A stretch of 63,381 nt of DNA, counting the filler, from Actinomycetota bacterium (GTDB lineage: Bacteria; Actinomycetota; CADDZG01; JAHWKV01; JAOPZY01), in assembly GCA_025963875.1 (NCBI GenBank). It is 5 parts of 5 records of this genome, joined end to end, with 100 filler letters (N's around TTAATTAATTAA, not from the genome) between each part and the next. Parts side by side here need not be neighbours in the genome. Positions count along the whole stretch, not along the records: positions 29,671 to 44,925 come from JAOPZY010000209.1; positions 45,026 to 52,352 come from JAOPZY010000247.1; positions 52,453 to 60,444 come from JAOPZY010000081.1; 2 more parts are not named here. One strand, given 5' to 3'. The notes beneath the pieces were generated by a model. That model saw nothing but the letters and a program-made list of their open reading frames with translations. It did no database searches and was not told the DNA's origin. Shown piece after piece: positions 43,085 through 53,072 of the stretch. The position numbers and the translations under genes are program-made. Position 1 is the stretch's first letter. The number at the start of each line of letters is the position of its first letter.

Positions 43085-44671
43085 ATGATACGAACGCGGT
43101 TGCGGCGGCTGCGCGACAAGGACACGCGCAAGCTGATCGCGGTCATCTTGGCCGGGAAAATGCTCGGTATTGTGGCGGCGCTCTTTGCCGTCAAAGCCTT
43201 CGGGTGGTACTTCGGATCGCAGGCAAGCGCCGCCGCGATCCGCCAGGTGGCAACGAAGGCGGATGACATCGTCAACCCGCTGAATACCGTGTGGGTGCTC
43301 GTCACGGCCTTCCTGGTCTTCTTCATGCAGGCCGGGTTCATGGGCCTGGAGGCGGGCTTCGCACGCTCACGGGAGACGGTGAACGTGCTCATGGAGTGCG
43401 TGTTCGACACCTGCCTCTGCGGCCTGCTGTACTGGGCGTGGGGCTTCGCCTTCCAGTTCGGCACCGGCAACGGCTTCATCGGCCATACGTACTTCCTCCT
43501 GCACGGCGCCCCACAGACCTACGGCACGACCGGGGTGGCTTTCCTGGCGTTCTGGCTGTTCCAGTTCGCCTTCGCCGACACGGCCTCGACCGTCACGTCG
43601 GGCGCCATGGTGGGCCGCACCGCGTTCATCGGCGACATCTGGTACTCGATCGCCGTCTCGGGGTTCATCTACCCGATCTTCGGCCACTGGGCCTGGGGTC
43701 CGGGCGGCTGGCTGGGGAACATGACAATCCATCCCCTGGCCACCTTCACCCACGGGGCCGTGTTCCGTGACTTCGCAGGGTCCACGGTCGTCCACACGGT
43801 CGGCGGCTTCATCGCCCTCGCCGGCGCCATGGCCCTCGGTCCACGGCTGGGCAGGAAGTTCAAGAAGGACGGGGGCGGTCCCACGCCGCCGCACGACCTG
43901 ACGTGGGGGGCCATCGGTGGCGTGATCCTGTGGTTCGGCTGGTACGGGTTCAACCCCGGCTCCACCCTGTCGGCCATGGACTTCACCGGCATCGGCCGCG
44001 TCGCCGCCAACACCACGATCGCCGCCTGTGCGGGCGGCATGATGGCGGTGCTGTGGGTCTATCCGCGCTCGAAGAAGTGGGACCTCGGCATCTCCGTCAA
44101 CGGCTTCCTCGGGGGGCTGGTGGCCATCACCTGCCCCTGTTACTGGGTGTCCCCGTTCGGGGCGGTCGTGATCGGGGCGGTCGCCGGGATTGTCGTCCCG
44201 CTCGGCATCGACTTCCTCGAGAGCCGGCGGATCGACGATCCGATCGGTGCCGTCCCGGTGCACGGGTTCTGTGGAATCTGGGGGACGCTCAGCCTCGGGC
44301 TGATGGCCACCGGTCATTACGGCGTCCCGACGTCGACCGGGGTTGACACCTCCACGGTCGTGAAGGGCCTGTTCTACGGAGGAGGTCTCGACCAGCTCAA
44401 GGCTCAGTTCATCGGGAGTGCCACCTGCGTCATCTGCGTGTTCGGCTTCTCGCTGATCCTCATGTACTTCCTCAAGAACCGCGGGATCCTGCGCCTCTCG
44501 AAGGATGCCGAGCTCGAGGGTATGGACCTCTCGGAGCACGGCACGGCCGCCTACCACGTGGAGTTCGGCCAGGGCATGACCTACTCGACGCCGGCCGGCC
44601 TGCCGTTCAACGGCAGCCACAAGGACGACCCGGAGGAGGAGCCCGTGGGTGCCGCGGCAGGCGACGAGTAA
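43085..44671 (+). CDS. amtB: Ammonium transporter
   Basis: FFMQAGF, DFAGSTVVH, WFGWYGFNPGS, IDDPIGAVPVHG (twin His present). Confidence 0.96.
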   Translation: MIRTRLRRLRDKDTRKLIAVILAGKMLGIVAALFAVKAFGWYFGSQASAAAIRQVATKADDIVNPLNTVWVLVTAFLVFFMQAGFMGLEAGFARSRETVNVLMECVFDTCLCGLLYWAWGFAFQFGTGNGFIGHTYFLLHGAPQTYGTTGVAFLAFWLFQFAFADTASTVTSGAMVGRTAFIGDIWYSIAVSGFIYPIFGHWAWGPGGWLGNMTIHPLATFTHGAVFRDFAGSTVVHTVGGFIALAGAMALGPRLGRKFKKDGGGPTPPHDLTWGAIGGVILWFGWYGFNPGSTLSAMDFTGIGRVAANTTIAACAGGMMAVLWVYPRSKKWDLGISVNGFLGGLVAITCPCYWVSPFGAVVIGAVAGIVVPLGIDFLESRRIDDPIGAVPVHGFCGIWGTLSLGLMATGHYGVPTSTGVDTSTVVKGLFYGGGLDQLKAQFIGSATCVICVFGFSLILMYFLKNRGILRLSKDAELEGMDLSEHGTAAYHVEFGQGMTYSTPAGLPFNGSHKDDPEEEPVGAAAGDE

Positions 44672-44700
44672 CACCTGCGACCGGCGTTGCTGCACCATGT

Positions 44701-44728
44701 CCCCGGGGGCGCCCAGGCGCCCCCGGGG
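44701..44728. terminator. Perfect GC hairpin between amtB and glnK
   Basis: CCCCGGGGGCGCC-CA-GGCGCCCCCGGGG. Confidence 0.55.
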
Positions 44729-44747
44729 CGGTACCGTCAAGCTTTGA

Positions 44748-44925
<178 letters not shown>

Positions 44926-45025
44926 NNNNNNNNNNNNNNNNNNNNNNNNNNNNNNNNNNNNNNNNNNNNTTAATTAATTAANNNNNNNNNNNNNNNNNNN
45001 NNNNNNNNNNNNNNNNNNNNNNNNN
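44926..45025. other. Artificial contig linker
   Basis: N run with TTAATTAATTAA. Confidence 0.98.
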
Positions 45026-45026
45026 C

Positions 45027-45800
45027 ACCCACGACCAGACGTTCGACTACGGCTTCCACCCTCCGGATGTCAGCATCGCCGCCCAACTCCACAACGGCCC
45101 GAATCCCGAGTGTCTGTTCACCGCCAGGCGAAGCGACACCGGGGCGACGCAGTACCAGAACATCGGTGGGTCGAACGGCTACGACTCCACGGGGAACTAC
45201 AGGGACCCGCCCCGGGTTCCCCTGTCGCTGCCCATTCCCATCGTGTGGACGTTGACGCTCGCCTGCGGCGCGCCCGGGACCATCAAAGTCACCGTCTCCA
45301 CCGAGGCTCCCCCGCCACCACCACCACCGCCGCCCAGCCCGAGCCCGAGCGTGGCGCCGAGCACGCCTGCGGTGGCACACCCACCCCCACCCCCCGGCGT
45401 TCCGAAACCGCCATCGCTGAAACCCACCCCACCACCCCTGCAGAATGGCGTGGGGAATCGAACGACCACAGGTCAAGCCTCGAGGGCCGTCCCGGCACTC
45501 GTCCCCGCTGCGACCCCCATCGTCGACGAAACACCCACCGCCCTGCCGCCCGCGGCCGCTCCGAGCCCGTCGCCGTCGCCGTCCCCTTCCCCGTCGCGGT
45601 CACCATCGCCGGCCCATCTCGGAGCAGCGCATGGCCCGGGGGGGCACGGCCCCAACCTCCTGCGGTTCCTCATCGTCGCCTTTGGGGCCGTCGTACTGGT
45701 CATCGCAATCCTGTATGCATTCGGCCTGCGTTGGGTTCGGGTCGACGAGGAAGCCGAGTCACCGAGGCGGTCAACGGAACCCGATCAGAGAGACCCCTGA
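45027..45800 (+). CDS. Pro-rich surface protein with C-terminal TM anchor (partial)
   Basis: Open from the contig start; poly-Pro and (SP)n linkers; LLRFLIVAFGAVVLVIAILYAF. Confidence 0.7.
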   Translation, partial: THDQTFDYGFHPPDVSIAAQLHNGPNPECLFTARRSDTGATQYQNIGGSNGYDSTGNYRDPPRVPLSLPIPIVWTLTLACGAPGTIKVTVSTEAPPPPPPPPPSPSPSVAPSTPAVAHPPPPPGVPKPPSLKPTPPPLQNGVGNRTTTGQASRAVPALVPAATPIVDETPTALPPAAAPSPSPSPSPSPSRSPSPAHLGAAHGPGGHGPNLLRFLIVAFGAVVLVIAILYAFGLRWVRVDEEAESPRRSTEPDQRDP

Positions 45801-46666
45801 ACCGGGCTCGCCTCGGCGAAACCTCGCAGGAACTCTCGGACGGTCGCAACGGCCTCTTGACGGAGTCGCGACCTGTCATCCTCGTCGTCGAACTCGGCGA
45901 GGAATGATGCGTATGCGTTGGGACCATCCTGGCGGGCATCGCTGAACCGCTCACCGAGAAGCGCGATGGTTTCCGCCACCTGCGGATGCTGTGCCACCGC
46001 GCTCAACGCGGCTGAGGCTCCGGCAACCCTGGGCCCCCCTCCATGGTTGAGAAGGGTGAAAACAAGGTCGTAGGCATCCTTGTTCTCGTGCCGGTCCTGG
46101 AAGGCGAGAATCTTGAGCACTGTGAAGGGGAGAACGTTCGCCACTCGTACGGTCACACGTGATTGACCTCCGTCGTCGAGGCGCTCCGCTTCAACCTCTC
46201 GCTCGACAAAGTCGTCGCGAGCTAAGTGAGCACCACGAACGTTGAACGCACCGAGGCGCGAACCTGTTTGCTCTTGCCTCGGACGGTAGATTCGCCCGGG
46301 AGGCACCTCGTCGGTCTCGCAGAGGAACTCGACATAGACGACAAAACCTTCGACGTCGCGTGCCCAGCGGAAGCTCGGCTCCCTCTGCTCGAAACCTGCT
46401 CGCTCAAGGTTGTTCTGCAACGTCCTGTACGTCTCCGGCGTCTCGTCGCCGAGAGCGAGCCCGATCACCAAGTCCACATCGGTCGTCCCGATGTGGGCTC
46501 GTGCGCCCTCATGAAGCGGGCCGGCCAGATATCTCGGGGCCAATCCTCCCGCCAGGTAGATGCGCTCACGCCATGGACCGAGGTCACCCAGCAACGTGAC
46601 CAGCACACGCTCGCACCGAGAGGTCGTCTCGGGGTCGTAGTCGGAGTGATGACCTCGTTGGCTCAA
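45785..46666 (-). CDS. AbiEii-like nucleotidyltransferase (putative type IV toxin)
   Basis: LAGGLA, GTTDVDL, LKILAF..R..KDAYDL; TTGA overlap with the antitoxin. Confidence 0.75.
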   Translation of the reverse strand: MSQRGHHSDYDPETTSRCERVLVTLLGDLGPWRERIYLAGGLAPRYLAGPLHEGARAHIGTTDVDLVIGLALGDETPETYRTLQNNLERAGFEQREPSFRWARDVEGFVVYVEFLCETDEVPPGRIYRPRQEQTGSRLGAFNVRGAHLARDDFVEREVEAERLDDGGQSRVTVRVANVLPFTVLKILAFQDRHENKDAYDLVFTLLNHGGGPRVAGASAALSAVAQHPQVAETIALLGERFSDARQDGPNAYASFLAEFDDEDDRSRLRQEAVATVREFLRGFAEASPVQGSL

Positions 46667-47706
46667 AAGCCGATCACTTCGCGTCGCAGATGGTCGGCCT
46701 GCTCTCGCCCACGCCGCGGATCTCGTCGCAGATCGACATAGAGGCGAAACCGGTTGGCAATCCACAAGCCCCTGACCTGATCTCGAAACGCCAGGGCCGC
46801 ATCGCCTTTTGCCTGAAGGAACACGATGTTATGACCATCGTCAACTCGCTCAGCATCGGCCGCCCTAAGAAGCTCCTCAGGCGCCGCTCTCGCCGGCACC
46901 CACACCTCGAGAGTGGGAACGGCCGTCACGTAGGGCGCAACCAGACTTGCAGCAGCGGCACCCGTCAACGCGTATTCGACGTCGTTTCGCCCAAGGTTGG
47001 TTCCGACTTCGTTGATGAGCTGCTGCGGTGTCTGCGCGAGGAAGTATGCCGGCAGTCTGGTCGGCCGCACGATGCTCTCTTCTGCCCATAGGTCGAGAAG
47101 GGCCGTCGGGTTCGTAACTCGCCGCGCGCGGTCTCGCCCGGCGGCCTCGGCGGCAACGACGCCTTCTTGTTCCAAACGGGTCAGGACCCGATGCGCCAGC
47201 CCTACAGAGGTTCCGGCCTCCTGAGCCAGCTCCTGCACCCGCCAGGGTCGCTGCGGGTTGAGCAGGAGCACTTCAGCGATGATTCCTGCCTTGCCGCTGA
47301 GGCGCGTGGGTCGGGCCTGTCGCTCTCGCCGACGACCCTCGAGATGCACGAGGAGGCCCGGCAGCTCAAGGTGAGTATTGCCATTGCCGTCGATAACAGC
47401 GATGCCGTGGTGTCGAAGGATCTCACGCGCCTCGGCAGTGGTCTCGTTTGCGATCAGTAGCAGCGGCCTATCCGGCTCGGCTTCGGCTTCGTGCACAAGT
47501 TGCCAAGCCGTGGCCGCATTGGCACGCCGCTTGGTTTCGGTTGCCACATTGGCGCTCTGTCCCGCAAAATGGATGACGGCATCGGCCTTTCGATCGCCTC
47601 CCCCGGGCTCGGCGGTCACGGTCAAGCCGGGGACGCCTCGCAGGATACGAAGGGCCTCGGCTTCAAACGGGCCCTCTAGTTTCACCATTTCAGGCTGTTT
47701 CATCAC
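46663..47706 (-). CDS. AbiEi-like antitoxin / wHTH regulator
   Basis: HTH (VQELAQEAGTSVGLAHRVL), LLDLWA, YALTGAAAA, LYVDL...RGREQA. Confidence 0.75.
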   Translation of the reverse strand: MMKQPEMVKLEGPFEAEALRILRGVPGLTVTAEPGGGDRKADAVIHFAGQSANVATETKRRANAATAWQLVHEAEAEPDRPLLLIANETTAEAREILRHHGIAVIDGNGNTHLELPGLLVHLEGRRRERQARPTRLSGKAGIIAEVLLLNPQRPWRVQELAQEAGTSVGLAHRVLTRLEQEGVVAAEAAGRDRARRVTNPTALLDLWAEESIVRPTRLPAYFLAQTPQQLINEVGTNLGRNDVEYALTGAAAASLVAPYVTAVPTLEVWVPARAAPEELLRAADAERVDDGHNIVFLQAKGDAALAFRDQVRGLWIANRFRLYVDLRRDPRRGREQADHLRREVIGF

Positions 47707-47734
47707 AGTGATGAATATAGCTAAAATCGTGAAA
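47680..47734. promoter_or_regulatory. 27-bp-arm inverted repeat over the TA promoter and start
   Basis: Core TTCATCAC-A-GTGATGAA, 20/27 positions paired, overlaps the TATATT -10. Confidence 0.7.
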
Positions 47735-47821
47735 CGTGTCACATGGAGCCGTAGCTCAGGGCAGGGGCCCAAGGAGAACGAGGACAGAGCTCGATAGACA
47801 GGCGGAGGCGGCCGGCCCCCG

Positions 47822-48790
47822 CTACGCGACCCGCTGGGTCCAGATCAGGGCGGCGACTGCGCCGGCTATGGCCATGGCCAACCCGATGCCCGTGAACCAA
47901 GCCGTGATCTCCCGACGGTGGACGTCGTAGCCGACCGCCCGCCCGATCTGGTCGTAGACGGACTTGAGCTGGCTTGCGGTCTCGGCGGTAAACGTCTGGC
48001 CGCCGCTCAAGGCCGCGATCCGGGCCATGGCGGCCGGGTCGGCGGGCACGGGGATCGTCTGGCCGCCGATATCGATCGTGCCGGTCGCGGTGCCGTACGC
48101 AATCGTGTGGACCTTGACGCCCGCCTGCTTGGCGGCGGAGGCGGCGTTGTCGGCGCTCTGGGTCGGAGACTGATCGGCGGTTCCGATGGTGGGGCTCCCG
48201 TCGCTCATCAGGACGATGGCCGCTGGGGCGGCCTTGCCGTCTGCGGCCGGCGGGAGGGCGGTGATGGCGTTGAGGGCCAGGGAGATGGCGTCCCCGGTGG
48301 CGGTGCCGCCGCCGGCGCGAAGGCTGTCGATGGCTGCGACCACGGCAGCGCGGTCGGTGGTCGGCGCCACGAGCATGCGGGGCCCGGTTGAGAACGCCTC
48401 GAGCCCAAGCTGGACCCCCGAAGGAAGGGCCGTGACGAAGTTACGAGCCCCCTGCTGGGCGGCAGCCAGGCGGCTTGGCGCCACGTCGCTGGCGACCATC
48501 GACCCGGACGTGTCCAGCACCAGGAGGACCGTCGCCCGTTGGCGCGGGGTGCGGATGGCGCGCGCCGGCTGGGCGAAGCCCACGACCAGCACCACGAGGG
48601 CCGCGATGAGGGCCGCGGTGGGGAGGTGGCGTTGCCAGCCCGGGCGCCGGGGAGCGACCGAGGCAAGCATGTCGACGCTGGTGAAGCGAACGGCGGTCTT
48701 CTGGCGGGCGCGCTGAGCCGCGAGATAGGCGAGGAGCAGCCCGAGGGGGGCCACGAGGAAGGCGAGGCGCCACGCGGAGAGAAAGGTCAT
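47822..48790 (-). CDS. VWA domain membrane protein
   Basis: DTSGSM MIDAS motif, GTATGDA, LMSDG. Confidence 0.92.
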   Translation of the reverse strand: MTFLSAWRLAFLVAPLGLLLAYLAAQRARQKTAVRFTSVDMLASVAPRRPGWQRHLPTAALIAALVVLVVGFAQPARAIRTPRQRATVLLVLDTSGSMVASDVAPSRLAAAQQGARNFVTALPSGVQLGLEAFSTGPRMLVAPTTDRAAVVAAIDSLRAGGGTATGDAISLALNAITALPPAADGKAAPAAIVLMSDGSPTIGTADQSPTQSADNAASAAKQAGVKVHTIAYGTATGTIDIGGQTIPVPADPAAMARIAALSGGQTFTAETASQLKSVYDQIGRAVGYDVHRREITAWFTGIGLAMAIAGAVAALIWTQRVA

Positions 48791-49797
48791 GGCGTGGCCG
48801 TCCGGGCAGGGAGCCGCATGAGCGGGCGCGCCACGCGGCGGTGGTCGACGAAGCGGACCACGTCGGTGAGCCAGTCGCGGTCGGTGGAGAGCGGCAGATG
48901 CTCCGCGCCGGCGTCGGTCAGTTGGCGGCGGACCTGGGTGTGACGTTCAGCGGCGGCGGCTCGGTAGCGCTCGCGCAGGACCGCGGAGTTCGTCTGTACG
49001 TGGAGATGGCGTCCCGTCTCGGCGTCGACGACGGTCAGGATGCCGACATCGGGCAGTTGGAGCTCCCGTGGGTCGGTCACCTGCACGGCGATCACCTGGT
49101 GGCGCAGACACAGACGGCGCAGCGGGGTCGCCCAGTCGGAGGGGTCCAGGAAGTCGGACACGACGATGATCTGGCCCCTCCGACGCTGGGTCCTGGCCAC
49201 CCGCGCCAGGCCGGCCCCCAGCCCGGCCGCCGGGGCCGGCCCCTCCGCCTGCCGCGGCGTGTCGTAGACGGCGGTCAGGCCCGTCATCAGACCGGTCCGG
49301 CCCGATCGGGGCGGCAGCCAGACGAGGTCGCTGCCGCCGGTGATCAGGAATGCCAGGCGGTTGCCCGATCGCACGGTGAGGAACCCGAAGGCGGCGACGG
49401 CTGCGAGCGCCGCTTCCCGCTTCTCCCGCTGGGCGGTACCGAAATCCAAGCTGGCGGAGCGGTCGACGACCACGGAGGTCTCCAGTTCCCGGTCGGCATC
49501 GGTCGTGCGGACCTGGGGGCTGAGTGTCCGGGCGCTCAGGTTCCAGTCGATGTGGCGGGCGTCGTCGCCGGGCCCGTACGGGCGGGCCCCTGCTGCCTCG
49601 GTACCGGGACCCGTGGCCAGCGCCAGGTAGTCGCCGCTCACCAGGCCCTCGAGCCGGCGGGTGACATCCAGCTCCAAGCGGCGAAGGACCGTCGCCTTGA
49701 CGGAGAGCGCGGCCGGGCCGGCCGACGGAGGCGCCTGTGGCGTCGATGCCGCTCGTCGCCGCTGCCGCAGGCGGCCGGCACCATCCACGATCCTCAT
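48787..49797 (-). CDS. DUF58 family protein
   Basis: RPYGPGDDARHIDWN, DRSASLDFG, VSDF. Confidence 0.92.
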   Translation of the reverse strand: MRIVDGAGRLRQRRRAASTPQAPPSAGPAALSVKATVLRRLELDVTRRLEGLVSGDYLALATGPGTEAAGARPYGPGDDARHIDWNLSARTLSPQVRTTDADRELETSVVVDRSASLDFGTAQREKREAALAAVAAFGFLTVRSGNRLAFLITGGSDLVWLPPRSGRTGLMTGLTAVYDTPRQAEGPAPAAGLGAGLARVARTQRRRGQIIVVSDFLDPSDWATPLRRLCLRHQVIAVQVTDPRELQLPDVGILTVVDAETGRHLHVQTNSAVLRERYRAAAAERHTQVRRQLTDAGAEHLPLSTDRDWLTDVVRFVDHRRVARPLMRLPARTATP

Positions 49798-50888
49798 GAC
49801 GCGGTGGCGCCTCGCTCCGCCTGTGGCGACCACATCGGGGTAGGAGGGGCCGACGCCACAAAGACCGGGGCATCGCCTGTGCCGCCGTCCTGGTGGGGGG
49901 CGACGCGGGGTGCGGGCGTGACCTGGAGGATTCGGGAGATCACGTCGTCAACCTTGACGGCGGCGGCCAGTGCGTCGTAGCTGAGCAACACCCGATGGCG
50001 GAAGATCTCGGGGGCGACGTCGTACACGTCCTGCGGCACCAGGAACCGCCGGCCCCGGAGCAGCGCCAGAGCCCGGCCGGCCGCCAGCAGGCCGAGGGTG
50101 GCACGAGGGCTCGCGCCAAGGGCGACGTGCGGGGCAAGCTCGGGAACACCCCAGCGGGCAGGATCGCGCGTGGCCATCACCAGGCGCACGCAGTAGTCCG
50201 CAACGGCGTGATGGACGAAGACCGAGTCGCTGGCCGCCTGCAGCGCGGTCAGCTTCTCACTGGACAGCACCTGCTCCGCCTCCGGGGGGTGGACACTCAT
50301 TCGCCGTGCGATCTCGGTTTCCTCCTCGTAGGAGGGGTGCTCGACCAGGAGCTGCATCAAGAACCTGTCCCGTTGCGCCTCGGGCAGGGCGTAGACGCCC
50401 TCCGACTCGATGGGGTTCTGGGTGGCGAGCACCAGGAACGGGCTGGGCACCGGGCGGGTGTGGCCGCCGATCGAGACCTGTCGCTCCGCCATCACCTCGA
50501 GCAACGCCGACTGCACCTTCGCCGGGGCCCGGTTGATCTCGTCCGCCAGCACGACGTTGGCGAACACCGGTCCCCACTCGATGTCGAACTCCTCACGCGA
50601 AGGTCGCCAGATACGGGTGCCGACGATGTCCGCCGGCACCAGGTCGGGGGTGAACTGCAGGCGGCTGAAGGTGCCGCCGATGACCTTGGCCATCGTCGAC
50701 ACCGTCAAGGTCTTGGCGAGGCCGGGAACGCCTTCGATCAAGCAGTGGCCCCTCGCGAGCAGGCACACGAGGGTCCGTTCCACCATGCGGTCCTGGCCCA
50801 CGATGACCCGCTTCACCTGGAACAGAGCGTCCTCGAGCGCGGCCGCGGTGGCGGCGATGTCCGGCTGGGGCGTCGAGTCGTCGGGCAT
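49794..50888 (-). CDS. moxR: MoxR AAA+ ATPase
   Basis: EGVPGLAKT, LADEINRAPAKVQSALLE, LPEAQRDRF, GASPRA. Confidence 0.95.
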   Translation of the reverse strand: MPDDSTPQPDIAATAAALEDALFQVKRVIVGQDRMVERTLVCLLARGHCLIEGVPGLAKTLTVSTMAKVIGGTFSRLQFTPDLVPADIVGTRIWRPSREEFDIEWGPVFANVVLADEINRAPAKVQSALLEVMAERQVSIGGHTRPVPSPFLVLATQNPIESEGVYALPEAQRDRFLMQLLVEHPSYEEETEIARRMSVHPPEAEQVLSSEKLTALQAASDSVFVHHAVADYCVRLVMATRDPARWGVPELAPHVALGASPRATLGLLAAGRALALLRGRRFLVPQDVYDVAPEIFRHRVLLSYDALAAAVKVDDVISRILQVTPAPRVAPHQDGGTGDAPVFVASAPPTPMWSPQAERGATAS

Positions 50889-51088
50889 GGAGTCCTTCCT
50901 GGTCGGGGCTGTCGTCGGGTCCGCTGGGGCGCCAGAAGGTCGGCGTCAAGGCGATGGTGCACTCCCGTGCTGAACCTCAGCGCAGCCGTGCCTGTGAATG
51001 GGCTGAGAAGGACTACTACTTGTGGGCGTTCACGTGGTTTTCAGCCCCCTCTCAGGCGGGATACAGGAGAAGGCCTCAAACTTGCCAC

Positions 51089-52180
51089 ATGGCGAAGGAA
51101 GAGACAGAGGCAGCGGGGGCCGCACAGGCCTCACCGGGTTGGTACCCGGATCCATGGTTCAAGGGCCAACGGAGGTTCTGGGACGGCCGCAGCTGGACCG
51201 CGCATTCCTTTCCCGAAGACCCGAGCCCCGGCCGTGCGTCCGATCCGGGATCTCCCTGGCCGCCCCCCACCGCGGGTGTGCCCGGGACCGGGCCTCCGCC
51301 CCCCGAATGGCGGTCACCCGCCACCTCCAGCGAGCCCGAGGCTTCCTCTCCCCCGCCGGACACCACCCCTTCGGCCAACGGCATCCAGTCGCGCCCGTTC
51401 TGGCCCCCGCGCGGGCGAACACTCGTGGCCATGCTGATCGCCCTCGGGTTCGTCGTCGGGCTCGTCGGCGGTGCGTTGCTCCTCCCGCACCGTGGGTCAA
51501 CGACCACCCCGAGCGCCTCGCAGCCTGGCACCGCGCCCACCCCTCCAGGGGCCAATCCAGTGCTACCCGGCGCCCCCTCCGATCCGGCGGCATCCGTGTT
51601 GTCAGGTCTCGTCCTACATCAGTCCGACGTTGGGCCAACCGAGACGGTCGCTCCGATCAACGGCGGCACCGAGGTCGCTGGCGGAGCGACGTTGGACTTG
51701 TGTAACGGGACCTTCCCGAGCGAGTCGCTGCGTACCGCGCGCCTTCAGGTCGCTGCCGCCGACGCCCAGGGCACGATGGTGCTCAGCTCGGAGGCAGTCC
51801 TGTACTCGACGCCTGCGGCGGCTGCCCAGGCTTTGTCCGAGCTGAAGTCCACCGCCGCCAGCTGCCCCGCCTCGCCGGTCGTCAGCCCAGTCGGCGAACC
51901 CACCGTCATCACGCAGTTCAAGGCGGCGCCCGATGGCTCCTGGCCCCAGGTTGCGACCGTCGACCGCGTCGCCTTCGATTTCGTGGCGACGGACGCGACG
52001 GCGCAGTCCCAACACTTCACCACGGCGTACCTCCGGCGAGGCCGGGCACTGATGGGCATCTACTTCTCCCAACCCGACGGGCCACAGGGGGCAGTGGACG
52101 GCCAGACAACCATTGCTGGCATCGTCAACGTCTTCGCCGTCCGGATGGCGAACCTGCCCGCCAGCGCAGTCAACGGCTAA
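51089..52180 (+). CDS. DUF2510 domain membrane protein with extracellular domain
   Basis: PGWYPDP...RFWDGRSWT, Pro-rich region, TM helix. Confidence 0.85.
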   Translation: MAKEETEAAGAAQASPGWYPDPWFKGQRRFWDGRSWTAHSFPEDPSPGRASDPGSPWPPPTAGVPGTGPPPPEWRSPATSSEPEASSPPPDTTPSANGIQSRPFWPPRGRTLVAMLIALGFVVGLVGGALLLPHRGSTTTPSASQPGTAPTPPGANPVLPGAPSDPAASVLSGLVLHQSDVGPTETVAPINGGTEVAGGATLDLCNGTFPSESLRTARLQVAAADAQGTMVLSSEAVLYSTPAAAAQALSELKSTAASCPASPVVSPVGEPTVITQFKAAPDGSWPQVATVDRVAFDFVATDATAQSQHFTTAYLRRGRALMGIYFSQPDGPQGAVDGQTTIAGIVNVFAVRMANLPASAVNG

Positions 52181-52325
52181 GGGCGCCGCCCATGGCCTCC
52201 AGGTAGCGGCGCAGAGCCAGGGTCCCGTGGGGGCCGCGGTCGTCGCTCCCGGAAGGCCCCGCCAGCACGGCCCCCGCCACGATCAGCACCGCCAGGACGC
52301 CCAGCAGGACCCAGGGCCGCTTCAC
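52170..52325 (-). pseudogene. Possible truncated DUF4350-like gene
   Basis: VKRPWVLLGVLAVLIVAGAVLAG...PHGTLALRRYLEAMG then a stop after 51 aa. Confidence 0.35.
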
Positions 52326-52352
52326 CCGGCCAGCCCCGGCGGCACCTCGAAC

Positions 52353-52452
52353 NNNNNNNNNNNNNNNNNNNNNNNNNNNNNNNNNNNNNNNNNNNNTTAA
52401 TTAATTAANNNNNNNNNNNNNNNNNNNNNNNNNNNNNNNNNNNNNNNNNNNN
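52353..52452. other. Artificial contig linker
   Basis: N run with TTAATTAATTAA. Confidence 0.98.
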
Positions 52453-52713
52453 GTGGACACCCATTCCATGGACGGCCCCGCGATCGTCGCCGCCCTGGAG
52501 CTGCTCGGCGATCGCAACGTCGTCTTCGGCTCGGACTTCCCCGTGACGCCGCAGGCGCTCGGGCGCGAGGGCCCCCTCGGGATGCTCGCGAAGCTTCGCC
52601 TCGACCCTCGGACGCTGGAGCGGATCCTTGCGGGCAACGCCGAGGCCCTGCTCCCCGCGACCGCGAGGCCCCTTCCCGCCTCGCCCTCGGCCGGCGCCGG
52701 AGGTAGGCCATGA
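52453..52713 (+). CDS. Amidohydrolase_2 family protein (C-terminal part)
   Basis: GDRNVVFGSDFP...ILAGNAEALL. Confidence 0.8.
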   Translation: MDTHSMDGPAIVAALELLGDRNVVFGSDFPVTPQALGREGPLGMLAKLRLDPRTLERILAGNAEALLPATARPLPASPSAGAGGRP

Positions 52714-53072
52714 TCCGGCATATCGCCCTCTACCGGTTCCGGCCGGAGGCCCTGCCCGGGCAGCGGACAGCGTTTGCCCATGAGCTCGTCGCAGCGAGTG
52801 CGGCAACCGGCCTCGTCTCCCATCTCGGGTGCGGCGAGCACCTGACCCTGCCCGCCGACGTCGCTGTGCCGGAGTCGGTGCACTCCTTCGCCGCTGCCTG
52901 GGACTTCGAAGACCTGGGCAGCCTCGATGCCTTCTCCCGGCACCCGGCCATGCAGCGATTCGTCGCGGAGCATGCGGCGCCCATCGTGATCGGGCTCGCG
53001 ATTGCCAACTACGAGGAGGCGGACTTGATGCTGCCGATCTCAGCGCACGCCCAAGCAGGAGCCGCGCGATGA
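52710..53072 (+). CDS. Dabb family alpha/beta-barrel protein
   Basis: MIRHIALYRF...FEDLGSLDAFSRHPA. Confidence 0.75.
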   Translation: MIRHIALYRFRPEALPGQRTAFAHELVAASAATGLVSHLGCGEHLTLPADVAVPESVHSFAAAWDFEDLGSLDAFSRHPAMQRFVAEHAAPIVIGLAIANYEEADLMLPISAHAQAGAAR

